59,063 bases of DNA, taken from Aestuariivirgaceae bacterium (lineage in GTDB: Bacteria; Pseudomonadota; Alphaproteobacteria; Rhizobiales; Aestuariivirgaceae). The notes under the pieces were generated by a model. That model worked only from the letters and a program-made list of their open reading frames with translations. It ran no database searches and was not told the origin of the DNA. Location of the stretch: contig DAIODI010000001.1 of the NCBI GenBank assembly GCA_036746875.1, forward strand, positions 1 to 59,063, in the 5' to 3' direction. The translations under genes were made by a program, and so were the position numbers. Below are positions 1 to 9,393 of this stretch, piece by piece (positions within the stretch are counted from its first letter, which is position 1; each line of letters begins with the position of its first letter).

Positions 1-1020
1 GTCGTCACCGAGTCAACCGTGCCCGTCGGCACGGCGCGGATGCTCGCCGCGCTGATCCGCGAAACCCGGCCGGACGCGGATTTCGAGGTGGCCGCCAATC
101 CGGAGTTCCTGCGCGAGGGTTCGGCGGTTGAGGATTTCCTGCGCCCGGACCGGGTGGTGGTCGGCGTGGACAGTCCGCGCGCCCGCGAGCGCATGGAGCG
201 CCTGTACCGGCCGCTGATGGTGCGCGACGTGCCGGTGCTGTTCACCGGCTTCGAAACCGCCGAGATCATCAAGTACGCCGCCAACGCCTTTCTCGCCACC
301 CGGATCGGCTTCATCAACGAGATCGCCGACATCTGCGAGGAGGTGGGGGCCGACATCGCCGCCGTGACCCGCGGCATGGGGCTCGACCGGCGCATCGGCC
401 AGCACTACCTCCAGCCGGGTCCCGGTTTCGGCGGGTCCTGCTTCCCCAAGGACACCCGCGCGCTGGTCTCCATTTCGCGTGAGGCCGGGGTGCCCAGCCG
501 CATCGTGGAATCGGTGGTCGCCGCCAATGAGGCCCGAAAGGAGCGTCTGGTGGACCGGGTGACGGCGGCCGTCGGCGATCAGCTGTCCGGCCTGCGCATC
601 GGGGTTCTCGGCGTCGCCTTCAAGGCGGACACCGACGATATGCGCGAGGCCGCCGCGCTGTCGCTGGTTCCCGCGCTCCAGGCGCGCGGGGCGGTCGTCC
701 AGGCCTACGATCCGGTGGCGATGAAGGCGGCGGCGGCGCTGCTGCCGGGCGTCGTTTGGTGCACCGACGCCTACGAGGCGGTGGCGGGCGCCGAGGCGGC
801 GGTGGTGCTGACCGAGTGGAACGAATTCCGTGGCCTCGATCTGCGCCGGCTCGCGGCGGCGATGCGGCGGCCGGTGATGATCGATTTTCGCAACATCTAC
901 TCTCCCGCCGACATCGAGCGCACGCCGTTTGTCTACCACAGCGTGGGCCGTCCTCGGCACTGCGGCGCGATCCCGGCTGATGAGCTTGCGTCGCCGCGCC
1001 GGGCGAGGACGTTGACGTAG
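1..1020 (+). CDS. ugd: UDP-glucose 6-dehydrogenase, C-terminal ~340 aa (5' end lies outside the window)
   Basis: Frame open from base 1. Translation contains PEFLREGSAVEDF, GFINEIADICE and GPGFGGSCFPKD, typical of UDP-glucose/GDP-mannose dehydrogenases. Confidence 0.9.
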   Translation, partial: VVTESTVPVGTARMLAALIRETRPDADFEVAANPEFLREGSAVEDFLRPDRVVVGVDSPRARERMERLYRPLMVRDVPVLFTGFETAEIIKYAANAFLATRIGFINEIADICEEVGADIAAVTRGMGLDRRIGQHYLQPGPGFGGSCFPKDTRALVSISREAGVPSRIVESVVAANEARKERLVDRVTAAVGDQLSGLRIGVLGVAFKADTDDMREAAALSLVPALQARGAVVQAYDPVAMKAAAALLPGVVWCTDAYEAVAGAEAAVVLTEWNEFRGLDLRRLAAAMRRPVMIDFRNIYSPADIERTPFVYHSVGRPRHCGAIPADELASPRRARTLT

Positions 1021-1083
1021 GCGCGGCCGCAAGGCGCGAGGGGTTCCCGCCACGGCGGCCCTTGCGAGGCGTTCGGACAGTCT

Positions 1084-1106
1084 CCGGCCTGACTGCATCA
1101 GGCCGG
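1084..1106. terminator. Candidate bidirectional hairpin between convergent ugd and rfbA
   Basis: Perfect 9-bp inverted repeat CCGGCCTGA / TCAGGCCGG with a 5-nt loop. No flanking T-run, so only a candidate. Confidence 0.3.
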
Positions 1107-1113
1107 ACCCCGT

Positions 1114-1977
1114 TCAGAGCAGCGCCAGCAGGTAGTCGCCGTACCCCGAGTTGGCGTAGCGCGTCGCCGCCAGCCGCTCGATGTCGCCTGCGCCGATGAA
1201 CCCCTGCCGGAAGGCGATCTCCTCCGGACAGGCGATCTTCATGCCCTGCCGCAGCTCGATGGTGCGAACGAAGTTCGCCGCGTCGAGAAGGCTGTCGTGG
1301 GTGCCGGTGTCGAACCAGGCGTAACCGCGCCCCATGAGCTCGACCTTGAGCTTTCCCGCCGCGAGGTAGGCGGTGTTGACGCTGGTGATCTCAAGCTCGC
1401 CGCGCGCCGAGGGCTTCACCGCGCGGGCGATCTCCACGACGTCCTCGTCATAGAAATAGAGGCCGGTGACCGCCCACCTCGAGCGGGGCCTCGCCGGCTT
1501 CTCCTCGATGGCGACGGCGCGGCCGCCGGCGTCGAAGTCCACGACGCCATAGCGTTCGGGATTCTTGACCTGATAGGCGAACACCGTCGCCTCGCGCCGG
1601 GCCTGCGCGGCGCGGAGCTGCTCGGTGAGGCCGTGGCCGAAGAAGATGTTGTCGCCCAGCACGAGCGCGCAGCGCCCGCCGTCGATGAACCGCTCGCCGA
1701 TGAGGAACGCCTGCGCCAGGCCCTCGGGCCTCGGTTGCTCGGCGTAAGAGATCGAGACCCCCCACTGCGCGCCGTCGCCCAGCATCCTGCGGAAGCCCGG
1801 CAGGTCCGTCGGCGTGGAGATGAGCAGGATCTCGCGGATGCCGGCGAGCATCAGCGTGGAGAGCGGGTAATACACCAGCGGCTTGTCGTACACGGGCAGC
1901 GCCTGCTTGCTCACCGCGAGCGTGACCGGGTAGAGCCGTGTGCCGAGCCCGCCGGCGAGGATGATCCCTTTGCTCAT
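1114..1977 (-). CDS. rfbA: glucose-1-phosphate thymidylyltransferase
   Basis: [19 protein letters not shown]... N-terminus and full-length RfbA-like sequence. ATG at 1977 preferred over the ORF-track start at 2058. ATGA overlap with the rfbB stop. Confidence 0.93.
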   Translation of the reverse strand: MSKGIILAGGLGTRLYPVTLAVSKQALPVYDKPLVYYPLSTLMLAGIREILLISTPTDLPGFRRMLGDGAQWGVSISYAEQPRPEGLAQAFLIGERFIDGGRCALVLGDNIFFGHGLTEQLRAAQARREATVFAYQVKNPERYGVVDFDAGGRAVAIEEKPARPRSRWAVTGLYFYDEDVVEIARAVKPSARGELEITSVNTAYLAAGKLKVELMGRGYAWFDTGTHDSLLDAANFVRTIELRQGMKIACPEEIAFRQGFIGAGDIERLAATRYANSGYGDYLLALL

Positions 1978-3059
1978 GCGCGCAGGCCCCCCGCGCCGGG
2001 CGCGCCCGGCAGACGGCCGAGACGCTCGCCGCCGTATGTCCGCCGCAGCGGCCGCCACCAGTCCTCGTTGTCGAGGAACCAGTTGACCGTCCTGCGCAAC
2101 CCGGTTTCGAACGTCTCCTGCGCCCGCCAGCCGACCTCGGCCTGAATCTTCGCCGGGTCGATAGCGTAGCGGAAGTCGTGGCCGGGGCGATCCTCGACGA
2201 ACCGGATCAGGTCGCGATGCGCGCCTCGCCCGGGGACCGGGCGAAGCTCATCCATCAGGGCGCAGATCAGCTCCACCACCTCGATGTTGCGCCGCTCGCC
2301 GTCGCCGCCGACGTTGTAGCTCTCGCCCGGTTCGCCATGGGCGAGGATCGCAAGCAGCGCGCGCACGTGGTCGTCGACGTAGAGCCAGTCGCGCACGTTC
2401 GCGCCCTCGCCGTAGACGGGCAGCTCGCGCCCGTCGATGGCGTTGGTGATGACCAGCGGAACAAGCTTCTCCGGGAAATGATAGGGCCCGTAGGTGTTGG
2501 AGCTGTTGGAGATCATGACCGGCAGTCCGTAGGTGTGGAACCAGGCGGCGGCGAGGTGGTCTGAAGACGCCTTGCTGGCCGAATAGGGCGACCTTGGCCG
2601 ATAGGGCGTTTGTTCGGTGAAGCGTCCCGCCGGGCCGAGGCTGCCGTAGACCTCGTCCGTGGAGACGTGGAGAAAGCGGAAGTCGCGCGCCCGATCCTGC
2701 GGCAGCGACGACCAGAAGAGCCGCGCTTCCTCCAGCAGCGTGCAGGAGCCGACGACATTGGTCTGGATGAAGGCGGCCGGCCCGGTGATCGACCGGTCGA
2801 CATGCGTCTCGGCCGCCAGATGCACGATCCAGTCGGGCTGATGCCGCGCGATCGCCGCGCGAACGGCGCCGGCGTCGCAAATGTCGGCGCGGTGGAAGGT
2901 GAACCGCGGGTCGGCTGAGACGGGCGCCAGCGACTGGAGATTGGCGGCGTAGGTCAGCTTGTCGATGACGGCGACGCGATGCGGGGTCTGCGTGATCAGC
3001 CAGCGGCATACCGCCGATCCGATGAAGCCGGCGCCGCCGGTGACGAGGATGCCTTTCAT
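1974..3059 (-). CDS. rfbB: dTDP-glucose 4,6-dehydratase
   Basis: [16 protein letters not shown] Rossmann N-terminus, [10 protein letters not shown] catalytic YxxxK, 361 aa. Confidence 0.93.
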   Translation of the reverse strand: MKGILVTGGAGFIGSAVCRWLITQTPHRVAVIDKLTYAANLQSLAPVSADPRFTFHRADICDAGAVRAAIARHQPDWIVHLAAETHVDRSITGPAAFIQTNVVGSCTLLEEARLFWSSLPQDRARDFRFLHVSTDEVYGSLGPAGRFTEQTPYRPRSPYSASKASSDHLAAAWFHTYGLPVMISNSSNTYGPYHFPEKLVPLVITNAIDGRELPVYGEGANVRDWLYVDDHVRALLAILAHGEPGESYNVGGDGERRNIEVVELICALMDELRPVPGRGAHRDLIRFVEDRPGHDFRYAIDPAKIQAEVGWRAQETFETGLRRTVNWFLDNEDWWRPLRRTYGGERLGRLPGAPGAGGLRA

Positions 3060-3486
3060 GCGCGCCGGCTTGCCGGGGACTGGGCCCCGCCAGTGTGAAC
3101 GGCCGGCATCGACGTCAGGTCAGGGGAGTCCATCTTCGGACGGTGCTTTGCGTTGGCGGGAACGGCGCGAGGAGGCGCGTCCGGTCGCCGGTTCGGGACC
3201 GAGGCCCTTCGGCCAGTATACCGGATGACAGGCGCATGTCCCAGATCGGGCGCGGCGCAGGGCCTCCTCGCCCGAAGCAAGCCGTGGCGGCGGTTTCGAA
3301 GCCGGCTCTCTTCAATCTCTCCAGGCGCGATGCGGCACTTTCGCGCCAGGGCGGATCGGCCGCGGGCCGCCGAAACGGCCTTGCCGCCAGCATCCGGGCT
3401 GCCCTACGCTTCACTGCCATGGCCGCCGCCGGCATGACGGATCGGGATTTCGGCCCCGGCTGGCTTTCGGGGCGAGGCTGAGGGCC

Positions 3487-4425
3487 ATGCGCATCCTGTT
3501 CACTGGCGCAAGTTCCTTCACCGGCGCGTGGTTCGTGCGGGAGCTTGCAGCCGCCGGCCATCGGGTGACCGCGGTGCTGGGCGCGAGGCCCGGCGACTAC
3601 GCGGAGCCGTTGCGCCGGGCGCGAACGGCGTGGGCGGCGGAAGCGTGCGAGACGGTCGTGGGGCCGCGCTTCGGCGACGACGCCTTCCTCGCGCTCCTTC
3701 GCTCTCGCCCGTTCGATCTCATCGCCCATCACGGCGCGAACGTGACCGGCTACAAGAGCCCGGATTTCGACGTCACGGCCGCCGTCGCCGCCAACACCCG
3801 CAACATCGCCGCCGTGCTGGAGGCGCTGAGGCAGCGGGGAGGCCGACGGTTCCTTCTCACCGGCAGCGTGTTCGAAGGCGGAGAAGGCGCGGGCTCGGAA
3901 GGCCTGCCGGATTTCTCGCCGTACGGGCTCTCCAAGGCGTTCACCGCGCGGATGATCAGCGACCATTGCCGCCACGCCGGCGTTCATTTCGGCAAGTTCG
4001 TGATCCCCAATCCCTTCGGCGCGTGGGAGGAGCCGCGCTTCACCGGCTACTGCATGCGCGCCTGGCTGAACGGCGAGACGGCGGTGTGCGGCTTTCCGCT
4101 GAATGTGCGCGACAACATTCACGTCGGCTTGCTGGCCAGGGCGTATGCCCGGTTCGCCGAGGGGCTTCCCGCCGAGGCGGGCGCCAGCAAGCTGAACCCG
4201 AGCGGTTACGCGGAGAGCCAGGGCGCGTTCACGCTGCGCCTCGCGGCGGCGATGCGGTCGAGGCTCGGCAGGCCGTGCCTCGTGGAGCTGCAGCGGCAAA
4301 GCGCGTTCCCCGAGCCGATGGTGCGCGTCAACACCGATCTCGTTCGCCCCGGCGACTACGGTTTCGATGAAGAGACGGCGTGGGACCAGATGGCCGCCTA
4401 CTACGCCGAAGGCGCGCGCGCGTAA
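3487..4425 (+). CDS. NAD(P)-dependent epimerase/dehydratase family protein (extended SDR)
   Basis: MRILFTGASSFTGAWF glycine-rich N-terminus and YGLSK (YxxxK). Divergent from rfbB. Might substitute for the missing rfbD, but I cannot show that. Confidence 0.75.
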   Translation: MRILFTGASSFTGAWFVRELAAAGHRVTAVLGARPGDYAEPLRRARTAWAAEACETVVGPRFGDDAFLALLRSRPFDLIAHHGANVTGYKSPDFDVTAAVAANTRNIAAVLEALRQRGGRRFLLTGSVFEGGEGAGSEGLPDFSPYGLSKAFTARMISDHCRHAGVHFGKFVIPNPFGAWEEPRFTGYCMRAWLNGETAVCGFPLNVRDNIHVGLLARAYARFAEGLPAEAGASKLNPSGYAESQGAFTLRLAAAMRSRLGRPCLVELQRQSAFPEPMVRVNTDLVRPGDYGFDEETAWDQMAAYYAEGARA

Positions 4426-4475
4426 CTGCGCAGTGAGGCGCGGCCGGTGAGGCCCGCGGCCCTGATACGGTCAGG

Positions 4476-4552
4476 CTGGCCGCTCTATCTCTTTGTATTC
4501 GCATCATCTTTTTCCGCCAGGTGGCGGCCACCTGGCGGGATGACGCGCTATC
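4476..4552. repeat. Conserved hairpin element, copy 1 of 4 (long form, 77 nt)
   Basis: CTGGCCGCTCTATCTC...GCATCATCTTTTTCCGCCAGGTGGCGGCCACCTGGCGGGATGACGCGCTATC. 11-bp stem with a 3-nt loop at 4514-4538. The CTA at 4548-4550 is the TAG stop of the ManC-like gene. Confidence 0.8.
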
Positions 4553-5828
4553 TGTCGCGATCGGTTCGTCCGTATACGTCCTCGATCCGGACGATGTCGT
4601 CCTCCCCAAGGTAGTCGCCGGACTGCACCTCGATGATCTCAAGCGGTATCTTGCCGGGGTTTTCGAGCCTGTGGACGGCGCCCATCGGGATGAAGGTGCT
4701 CTCGTTCTCGTGCAGCACGAAGGTGCGCTCGCCGCACGTGACCCGCGCTGTTCCGCGCACCACGATCCAATGCTCGGCGCGGTGATGGTGATACTGGAGC
4801 GACAGCGCCGCGCCGGGCTTCACCGTGATGCGCTTGACCTGGTGGCCGGGACCGCGGTCGATGCCCTCGAACGCGCCCCACGGCCGCAGCACGCGCCGGT
4901 GGGCAACCCGTTCCGGCCGCCCGGTGATCCGGCGGTCGACCTCGCCGGGATCGAGAGCGTCGCGCCGCGCCACCAGCAAGGCGTCCGGCGTGTCGACAAT
5001 CACGACGTTGTCGAGCCCCACCGCCACCGTCAGCCGGTGCGGGCTGTGCACTACGGTGTCCCTGCATCCGATCAGCTCGGCCTGCGCGCGGTGCTGCGCC
5101 GCCACCGTGTCGAGCGACGGCACGCCCGGCGGCGCGCCGGCCTCCGGCGGGCCTCCGGCGACGCCCGGGCTCGCCAGCAGCGCCGCGAGCGACACGGCCG
5201 CGCCCTCGGCGCGCAGGTGGCCAGGCCGCACGAACGGCGGGTCCACGGTCTGCGCGGCGAACGCTTCCCGGCATCGGGCGAGGGCGGCGGGCGCCATCTT
5301 CGCGGCGAGATCGAGCAGCACGCTGGCGCCCACAACGGCGATGCCCTGGCCGCCCGGTGGAAACGATGGCGCAGCGCTTGCGGCCGCGTCGCGAACCAGC
5401 CGACCCAGCACGGCGGGCTCCCCATGGCGCGATCCGACCGGGATCAGCGCCAGCGCCGCCTCCGCGTCGCTGCGCAGGGCGTTCAGCGCCACGAGGCAGG
5501 CGGCGTCCAGCTCTCCAAGCCCGCCGCCGGCGAGCACGATGGCGGCGGTCAGTCCGTGCCGCTCCGCCGCCTCGCGGACAAGAAAGCGATGCGGCTCGTC
5601 GACGGTGACAAAGGCCCGTCCGGTTCCCGCCGCGCGTGCGGCGGCGCAGGCGTGGTCGAAGGCGGAACGGTCTTCGTCGATCGCCACGAAGATGTCGGGG
5701 AAGTCCTGCCTGCTCAACGGCCACAGCAGCCCCCCCGGCGCCGGGCACAAGAGCACCGGCAGCACGGGCACTTCGCCCTGTCCGCCGGCGGCCGCGCGCC
5801 GGGGCGATGCGGCTGTCCTAGCAGGCAT
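4548..5828 (-). CDS. mannose-1-phosphate guanylyltransferase/mannose-6-phosphate isomerase-like protein with a divergent N-terminal domain
   Basis: The C-terminal cupin is clear: RPWGAFEGI...VKRITVKPGAALSLQYHHHRAEHWIVVRGTA...IPMGAVHRLENPG. The N-terminus keeps only LLWPLSR of the GGxGxRLWPLS signature. ATG at 5828 is preceded by GGGAGGGA. Confidence 0.7.
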   Translation of the reverse strand: MPARTAASPRRAAAGGQGEVPVLPVLLCPAPGGLLWPLSRQDFPDIFVAIDEDRSAFDHACAAARAAGTGRAFVTVDEPHRFLVREAAERHGLTAAIVLAGGGLGELDAACLVALNALRSDAEAALALIPVGSRHGEPAVLGRLVRDAAASAAPSFPPGGQGIAVVGASVLLDLAAKMAPAALARCREAFAAQTVDPPFVRPGHLRAEGAAVSLAALLASPGVAGGPPEAGAPPGVPSLDTVAAQHRAQAELIGCRDTVVHSPHRLTVAVGLDNVVIVDTPDALLVARRDALDPGEVDRRITGRPERVAHRRVLRPWGAFEGIDRGPGHQVKRITVKPGAALSLQYHHHRAEHWIVVRGTARVTCGERTFVLHENESTFIPMGAVHRLENPGKIPLEIIEVQSGDYLGEDDIVRIEDVYGRTDRDR

Positions 5829-6138
5829 GGTTCCCTCCCGGCGCGATCCAGGCGGTCCGCAGCGGGACGCGAACCTCGGGCCACGGCGACCCGCGCCCGC
5901 AGCGGTCCGCACCATGCCTGACGCGTCTCGCCGGGAACAGCGCGCCGTCCGCGATCCGGTGCGGAGGCGCAACCAGGGTTTCGACGGCGGGTTCGGTCCG
6001 TGTGCGGATGGTCAACTGGCGTTTCCTGCGCGGGAGGTGACGCCCGGAAGCGAAACCATTTCTGGCCAAATAGCGGTTGAGGATGGCGTAATCGTGGTTT
6101 GCGCCGGGATGGCCGGACGTGGCGATCGTCGTGTTCAT
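5818..6138 (-). CDS. hypothetical protein (106 aa)
   Basis: ATG lies 1 nt after the rfbC stop (TGACATG). Third-codon-position GC is about 80% by my count. Its end overlaps the ManC-like start by 11 nt. I recognise no family. Confidence 0.4.
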   Translation of the reverse strand: MNTTIATSGHPGANHDYAILNRYLARNGFASGRHLPRRKRQLTIRTRTEPAVETLVAPPHRIADGALFPARRVRHGADRCGRGSPWPEVRVPLRTAWIAPGGNHAC

Positions 6139-6139
6139 G

Positions 6140-6694
6140 TCAAAACCCCGGGTCTGGCATGTCGCGCCACAGCGGCAGCTCCCGGTCCCTCGCCGAGAGC
6201 ACCGGGGCGAGCCTGCCGAGGCCCCAGTCGATGCCGAGGCGCGGGTCGTCCCAGCGCAACCCGGCGTCGTGGGCCGGCGCGTAGGGGGCGGAGACCTTGT
6301 AGAGCACCATGGTGTCGGGTTCGCGCGTGGCGAATCCATGGGCGAAGCCTTCCGGGATCAGCAGCTGGAGACCGTTGGCCGCCGAAAGCTCCACAGCCAC
6401 ATGGCGTCCGAACGTCGGCGAGCGGCGCCTGAGGTCCACGGCGACATCGACGACGGCGCCGGCCAGAACCCGGACAAGCTTCGCCTGGGCGAACGGCTGC
6501 GTCTGGAAGTGCAGCCCGCGCACCGTGCCGGCAAGCCGCGACAGCGACTGGTTGTCCTGGATGAACCGCGTGGCGACGCCGGCGTCGACGAGCGCCTGCG
6601 CGCGGAATGTTTCGCTGAACCAGCCACGCGCGTCTTCCACGCGCCTGGGCCGGATCAGTTTCACATCGGGCAGGCCGGTCGCTTCGATCTGCAT
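6140..6694 (-). CDS. rfbC: dTDP-4-dehydrorhamnose 3,5-epimerase
   Basis: MQIEATGLPDVKLIRPRRVEDARGWFSETF... matches the RfbC N-terminus. An alternative upstream ATG at 6727 lies inside repeat copy 2. Confidence 0.9.
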   Translation of the reverse strand: MQIEATGLPDVKLIRPRRVEDARGWFSETFRAQALVDAGVATRFIQDNQSLSRLAGTVRGLHFQTQPFAQAKLVRVLAGAVVDVAVDLRRRSPTFGRHVAVELSAANGLQLLIPEGFAHGFATREPDTMVLYKVSAPYAPAHDAGLRWDDPRLGIDWGLGRLAPVLSARDRELPLWRDMPDPGF

Positions 6695-6720
6695 CGGGTC
6701 GACCCTTCTGTTTCCCTGGT

Positions 6721-6778
6721 TTCGCATGATCTTTTCTGCGCCAGGTGGCGGCCGCCTGGCGGGAAGATACGCTAGTCA
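6721..6778. repeat. Conserved hairpin element, copy 2 of 4 (core form)
   Basis: TTCGCATGATCTTTTCTGCGCCAGGTGGCGGCCGCCTGGCGGGAAGATACGCTAGTC. The CTA at 6772-6774 is the TAG stop of the GH3 gene. The CAT at 6725-6727 is the upstream ATG of the rfbC ORF. Confidence 0.75.
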
Positions 6779-7893
6779 CGGTCGATCGACAGGCGCAGCG
6801 GCCGTACGCGGCGGTACGCCTCGCCGATGCGCGCCGGCGAAAGACGGCCGGCGAGCACAGCCTCGACGAGGCTTGCGTGAACCACGGCCGCCGTGTTCAC
6901 GCCCGCCGCGGCCCGCGGCGGCCCCACCAGAACGAGATCGTTGCCGGCCGCCAGCGCAATCGCCGCCGCCTCGCCCGCGGCGTACCTGTGCGACACGGCG
7001 GACATCGTCAGGTCGTCGGTGATCACCGGCCCGGTGAAGCCCGTCTCCTGCCGCAGCGCCGCGATCGCCGCCGGCGACAGCGAGGCGGGCGTCGCGCCGG
7101 TCCCGTCGAAGCGGGCGTGGCCGAGATGGCCGACCATGATGGCGTCCGCCGCGCCTGCCGCCACAAGCGCCGCGAAGGGGCGATGCTCGCGAGGGGCGTA
7201 CGTCGCCGTGATGTCCACGGGTCGAAGGTGGGTGTCGCCATCGCTTGATCCGTGTCCCGGCCAGTGCTTGATGGCGGTGCGCACGCCGGCCTCGCGATGC
7301 GCCGTGATGAAGGCGCGCGCGTAGGCTTCGACAACGCCGGGATCGGCGCCGTAGCTGCGCCGCGCCCGCGAGATCACCGTGTTGCCGCTGTTGAGATCGA
7401 GATCGACGACCGGAGCGAGGTTCAGGGTGACGCCGAGCGCGGCGAGCTCCCGCGCCATGCGCAGATAGATGTCGCGCGCCTCCGCCGGCGTGCGCGAGCG
7501 CGCCATGCGCATGGCGCTGGGTTCGGAGGCGAAGCCCTTCCCGGCCGTCAGCCGCTGTACGCCGCCGCCTTCCTCGTCGATGGCGATGATGGGCGGGCGG
7601 GCCCGGGGGGCGGCGTCCCGAAGGTGCGCGACCAGCGCTGCGGCCTGGCGCGGCGAGGCGATGTTCTCGTCGAACAGGATGACGCCGCCGATCCGCCCGG
7701 CCCTCAGCGCCCGCGCCACGGCCTCGACACCGGGATCGCCGGGCCGGGTTCCGGAAAAGCCGACGACGAGGAGCCCGCCGATCCTCGCCAGCGCCTGATC
7801 GACGGCCGGATCGTCGGCGATCGGCCGCGCCTGTCCCGCGGCGGCGGCAAGGCACAGGGCCAGGGCGGCGGCAAGAAGGCGGACGGAACGCAC
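6772..7893 (-). CDS. glycoside hydrolase family 3 N-terminal-domain protein (NagZ-like beta-N-acetylhexosaminidase), secreted
   Basis: IGGVILF, IAIDEEGGGVQRL, LNLAPVVDL and KHWPGHG motifs. GTG at 7893 preceded by AGGAG 9 nt upstream gives a signal peptide (V)RSVRLLAAALALCLAAAAGQA. Upstream ATGs would collide with the divergent gene. Confidence 0.85.
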   Translation of the reverse strand: MRSVRLLAAALALCLAAAAGQARPIADDPAVDQALARIGGLLVVGFSGTRPGDPGVEAVARALRAGRIGGVILFDENIASPRQAAALVAHLRDAAPRARPPIIAIDEEGGGVQRLTAGKGFASEPSAMRMARSRTPAEARDIYLRMARELAALGVTLNLAPVVDLDLNSGNTVISRARRSYGADPGVVEAYARAFITAHREAGVRTAIKHWPGHGSSDGDTHLRPVDITATYAPREHRPFAALVAAGAADAIMVGHLGHARFDGTGATPASLSPAAIAALRQETGFTGPVITDDLTMSAVSHRYAAGEAAAIALAAGNDLVLVGPPRAAAGVNTAAVVHASLVEAVLAGRLSPARIGEAYRRVRPLRLSIDRD

Positions 7894-7951
7894 GCGGCGC
7901 GGCTCCTGGTGGCGCTTGACGGGGGCGGCTGTCACGACCGACAACCGGCCC

Positions 7952-9298
7952 ATGCGCATATACCATCCCTCGGCCTTCGACTTCAGCCGGAACGTGGAAA
8001 GCTGGTGGCAGGCCTCCGCGCCGCCTCTCGGCGTGGAGCAACCCTCCGTCGAGGGGTCCGTCGCCGTTGACGCGGCGATCATCGGATCGGGCTTCACCGG
8101 GCTTCATGCGGCGTACCGGCTGGCGCGCACGCACGGCATGTCCGTGGCCGTAGTCGATGCGGGCGAGGTGGGCTGGGGCGCCTCGGGCCGCAATGGCGGC
8201 TTCTGCTGCGCCGGCTCCGCAAAGCTCTCCTACGGCCAGATGAAGGCCCGATACGGCGAAGCGGCGACGCTGGCCTTCCACCGGGCGCAGGTGACCTCGG
8301 TGGATCACGTCGCCAACTTTCTCGCCGGGCACGGGATCGACGCCGGGCGCAGCGGCGATGGCGAGTATCAGCTGGCGCACCGTCCTCGCGACATGAGCGA
8401 CCTTCGCGAGGAGCAGGCGCTGATGTCGGCCGTCTACGGCGTGCCGCTGGAACTTCTCGAGCGCGACGCGCTGAAGGAACGCGGCCTCGAATCGCCGGCG
8501 TTCCACGGCGCCTTGCGGTCGCCCGTCGGGTTCGGGCTGCATCCGCTCCGGTACGTGCGCGGGCTGGCGCGCGTGGCGATGGCGGCGGGCGTGACGGTCT
8601 ACGCCCGCTCGCCGGTGACGCGATGGGAGACGGCCGGGGGCGCGCATGTGCTGGCGACGCCGCGGGGCGAGGTGCGGGCGCGGCGCGTGCTTCTCGCCAC
8701 CAACGGCTACACCGACGAGACGCTGCCGCCATGGATCGGCGGACGGCTGCTGCCGGCCTTGTCGCGCATCATCGTGACGCGCCCCATCACCGACAACGAA
8801 CTGAAGGCGCAAGGCTGGGTGGCGCCCGACATGGCCTACGACACCCGCAACCTCGTCCACTACTTCCGGCTTCTCCCCGGCAACCGGTTCCTGTTCGGCG
8901 GCCGCGGCGGCGCCGACGCCTCGCCCGAAGGGCTGACCAACGTCACCGCCACCTTGCGCCGCCAGTTCGAACGGATGTTTCCCGCCTGGGCGCATGTGGA
9001 GACCGCGTACGCCTGGGCGGGCTTTGTGTGCCTCACCGCGTCGCGCGTGCCCTACATCGGCCCTGTCGGCGACCGGCCAAACGGCTTTGCGGCCCTCGCC
9101 TACCACGGCAACGGCGTCGCCATGGGGAGTTACGCCGGCCACCTTGTCGCCGACCTGATGGCGGGCGCGCCCGGCGCGGCCGAGCGCATCCCCGAGGTCA
9201 TGCGCGGGCCCCTGAAGCGGTTCCCGTTCCCGGCGCTGCGGGTGGCCTACCTCAAGGCCGCCTATGCGCTCTACGGCTACCGGGACGAGCGCGGCTGA
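7952..9298 (+). CDS. FAD-dependent oxidoreductase (DAO family, gamma-glutamylputrescine-oxidase-like)
   Basis: VDAAIIGSGFTGLHAAYRLA dinucleotide fold and WGASGRNGGF. ATG at 7952 preferred over the TTG at 7916. Confidence 0.85.
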   Translation: MRIYHPSAFDFSRNVESWWQASAPPLGVEQPSVEGSVAVDAAIIGSGFTGLHAAYRLARTHGMSVAVVDAGEVGWGASGRNGGFCCAGSAKLSYGQMKARYGEAATLAFHRAQVTSVDHVANFLAGHGIDAGRSGDGEYQLAHRPRDMSDLREEQALMSAVYGVPLELLERDALKERGLESPAFHGALRSPVGFGLHPLRYVRGLARVAMAAGVTVYARSPVTRWETAGGAHVLATPRGEVRARRVLLATNGYTDETLPPWIGGRLLPALSRIIVTRPITDNELKAQGWVAPDMAYDTRNLVHYFRLLPGNRFLFGGRGGADASPEGLTNVTATLRRQFERMFPAWAHVETAYAWAGFVCLTASRVPYIGPVGDRPNGFAALAYHGNGVAMGSYAGHLVADLMAGAPGAAERIPEVMRGPLKRFPFPALRVAYLKAAYALYGYRDERG

Positions 9299-9393
9299 CG
9301 GCGGGCGCGGATGAACGGGAAGTTATCGCCATGGAGCGAACCGGCGGGGCATGATCGCCGTTCACCGGTGGTTGAACAGGAGCCCGTCCCCAC

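Noticed and set aside
3060-3486. ORFs 3095-3481, 3153-3437 and 3056-3280 in the rfbB/epimerase divergent spacer, plus a hairpin GGCGCGA-N10-TCGCGCC near 3325-3348 that loosely resembles the repeat family.
   Set aside because: The ORFs have no motifs and poor composition. The hairpin shares only scattered bases with the four-copy element (no TTTCCGCCA or GATGAYGC arms), so I do not count it as a fifth copy.
6776-9142. 788-aa minus-strand ORF spanning the GH3 and FAD-oxidoreductase genes.
   Set aside because: Arg/Ala/Gly-rich alternate-frame translation with no family motifs. It overlaps two well-supported genes. This is a typical long open frame in high-GC DNA.
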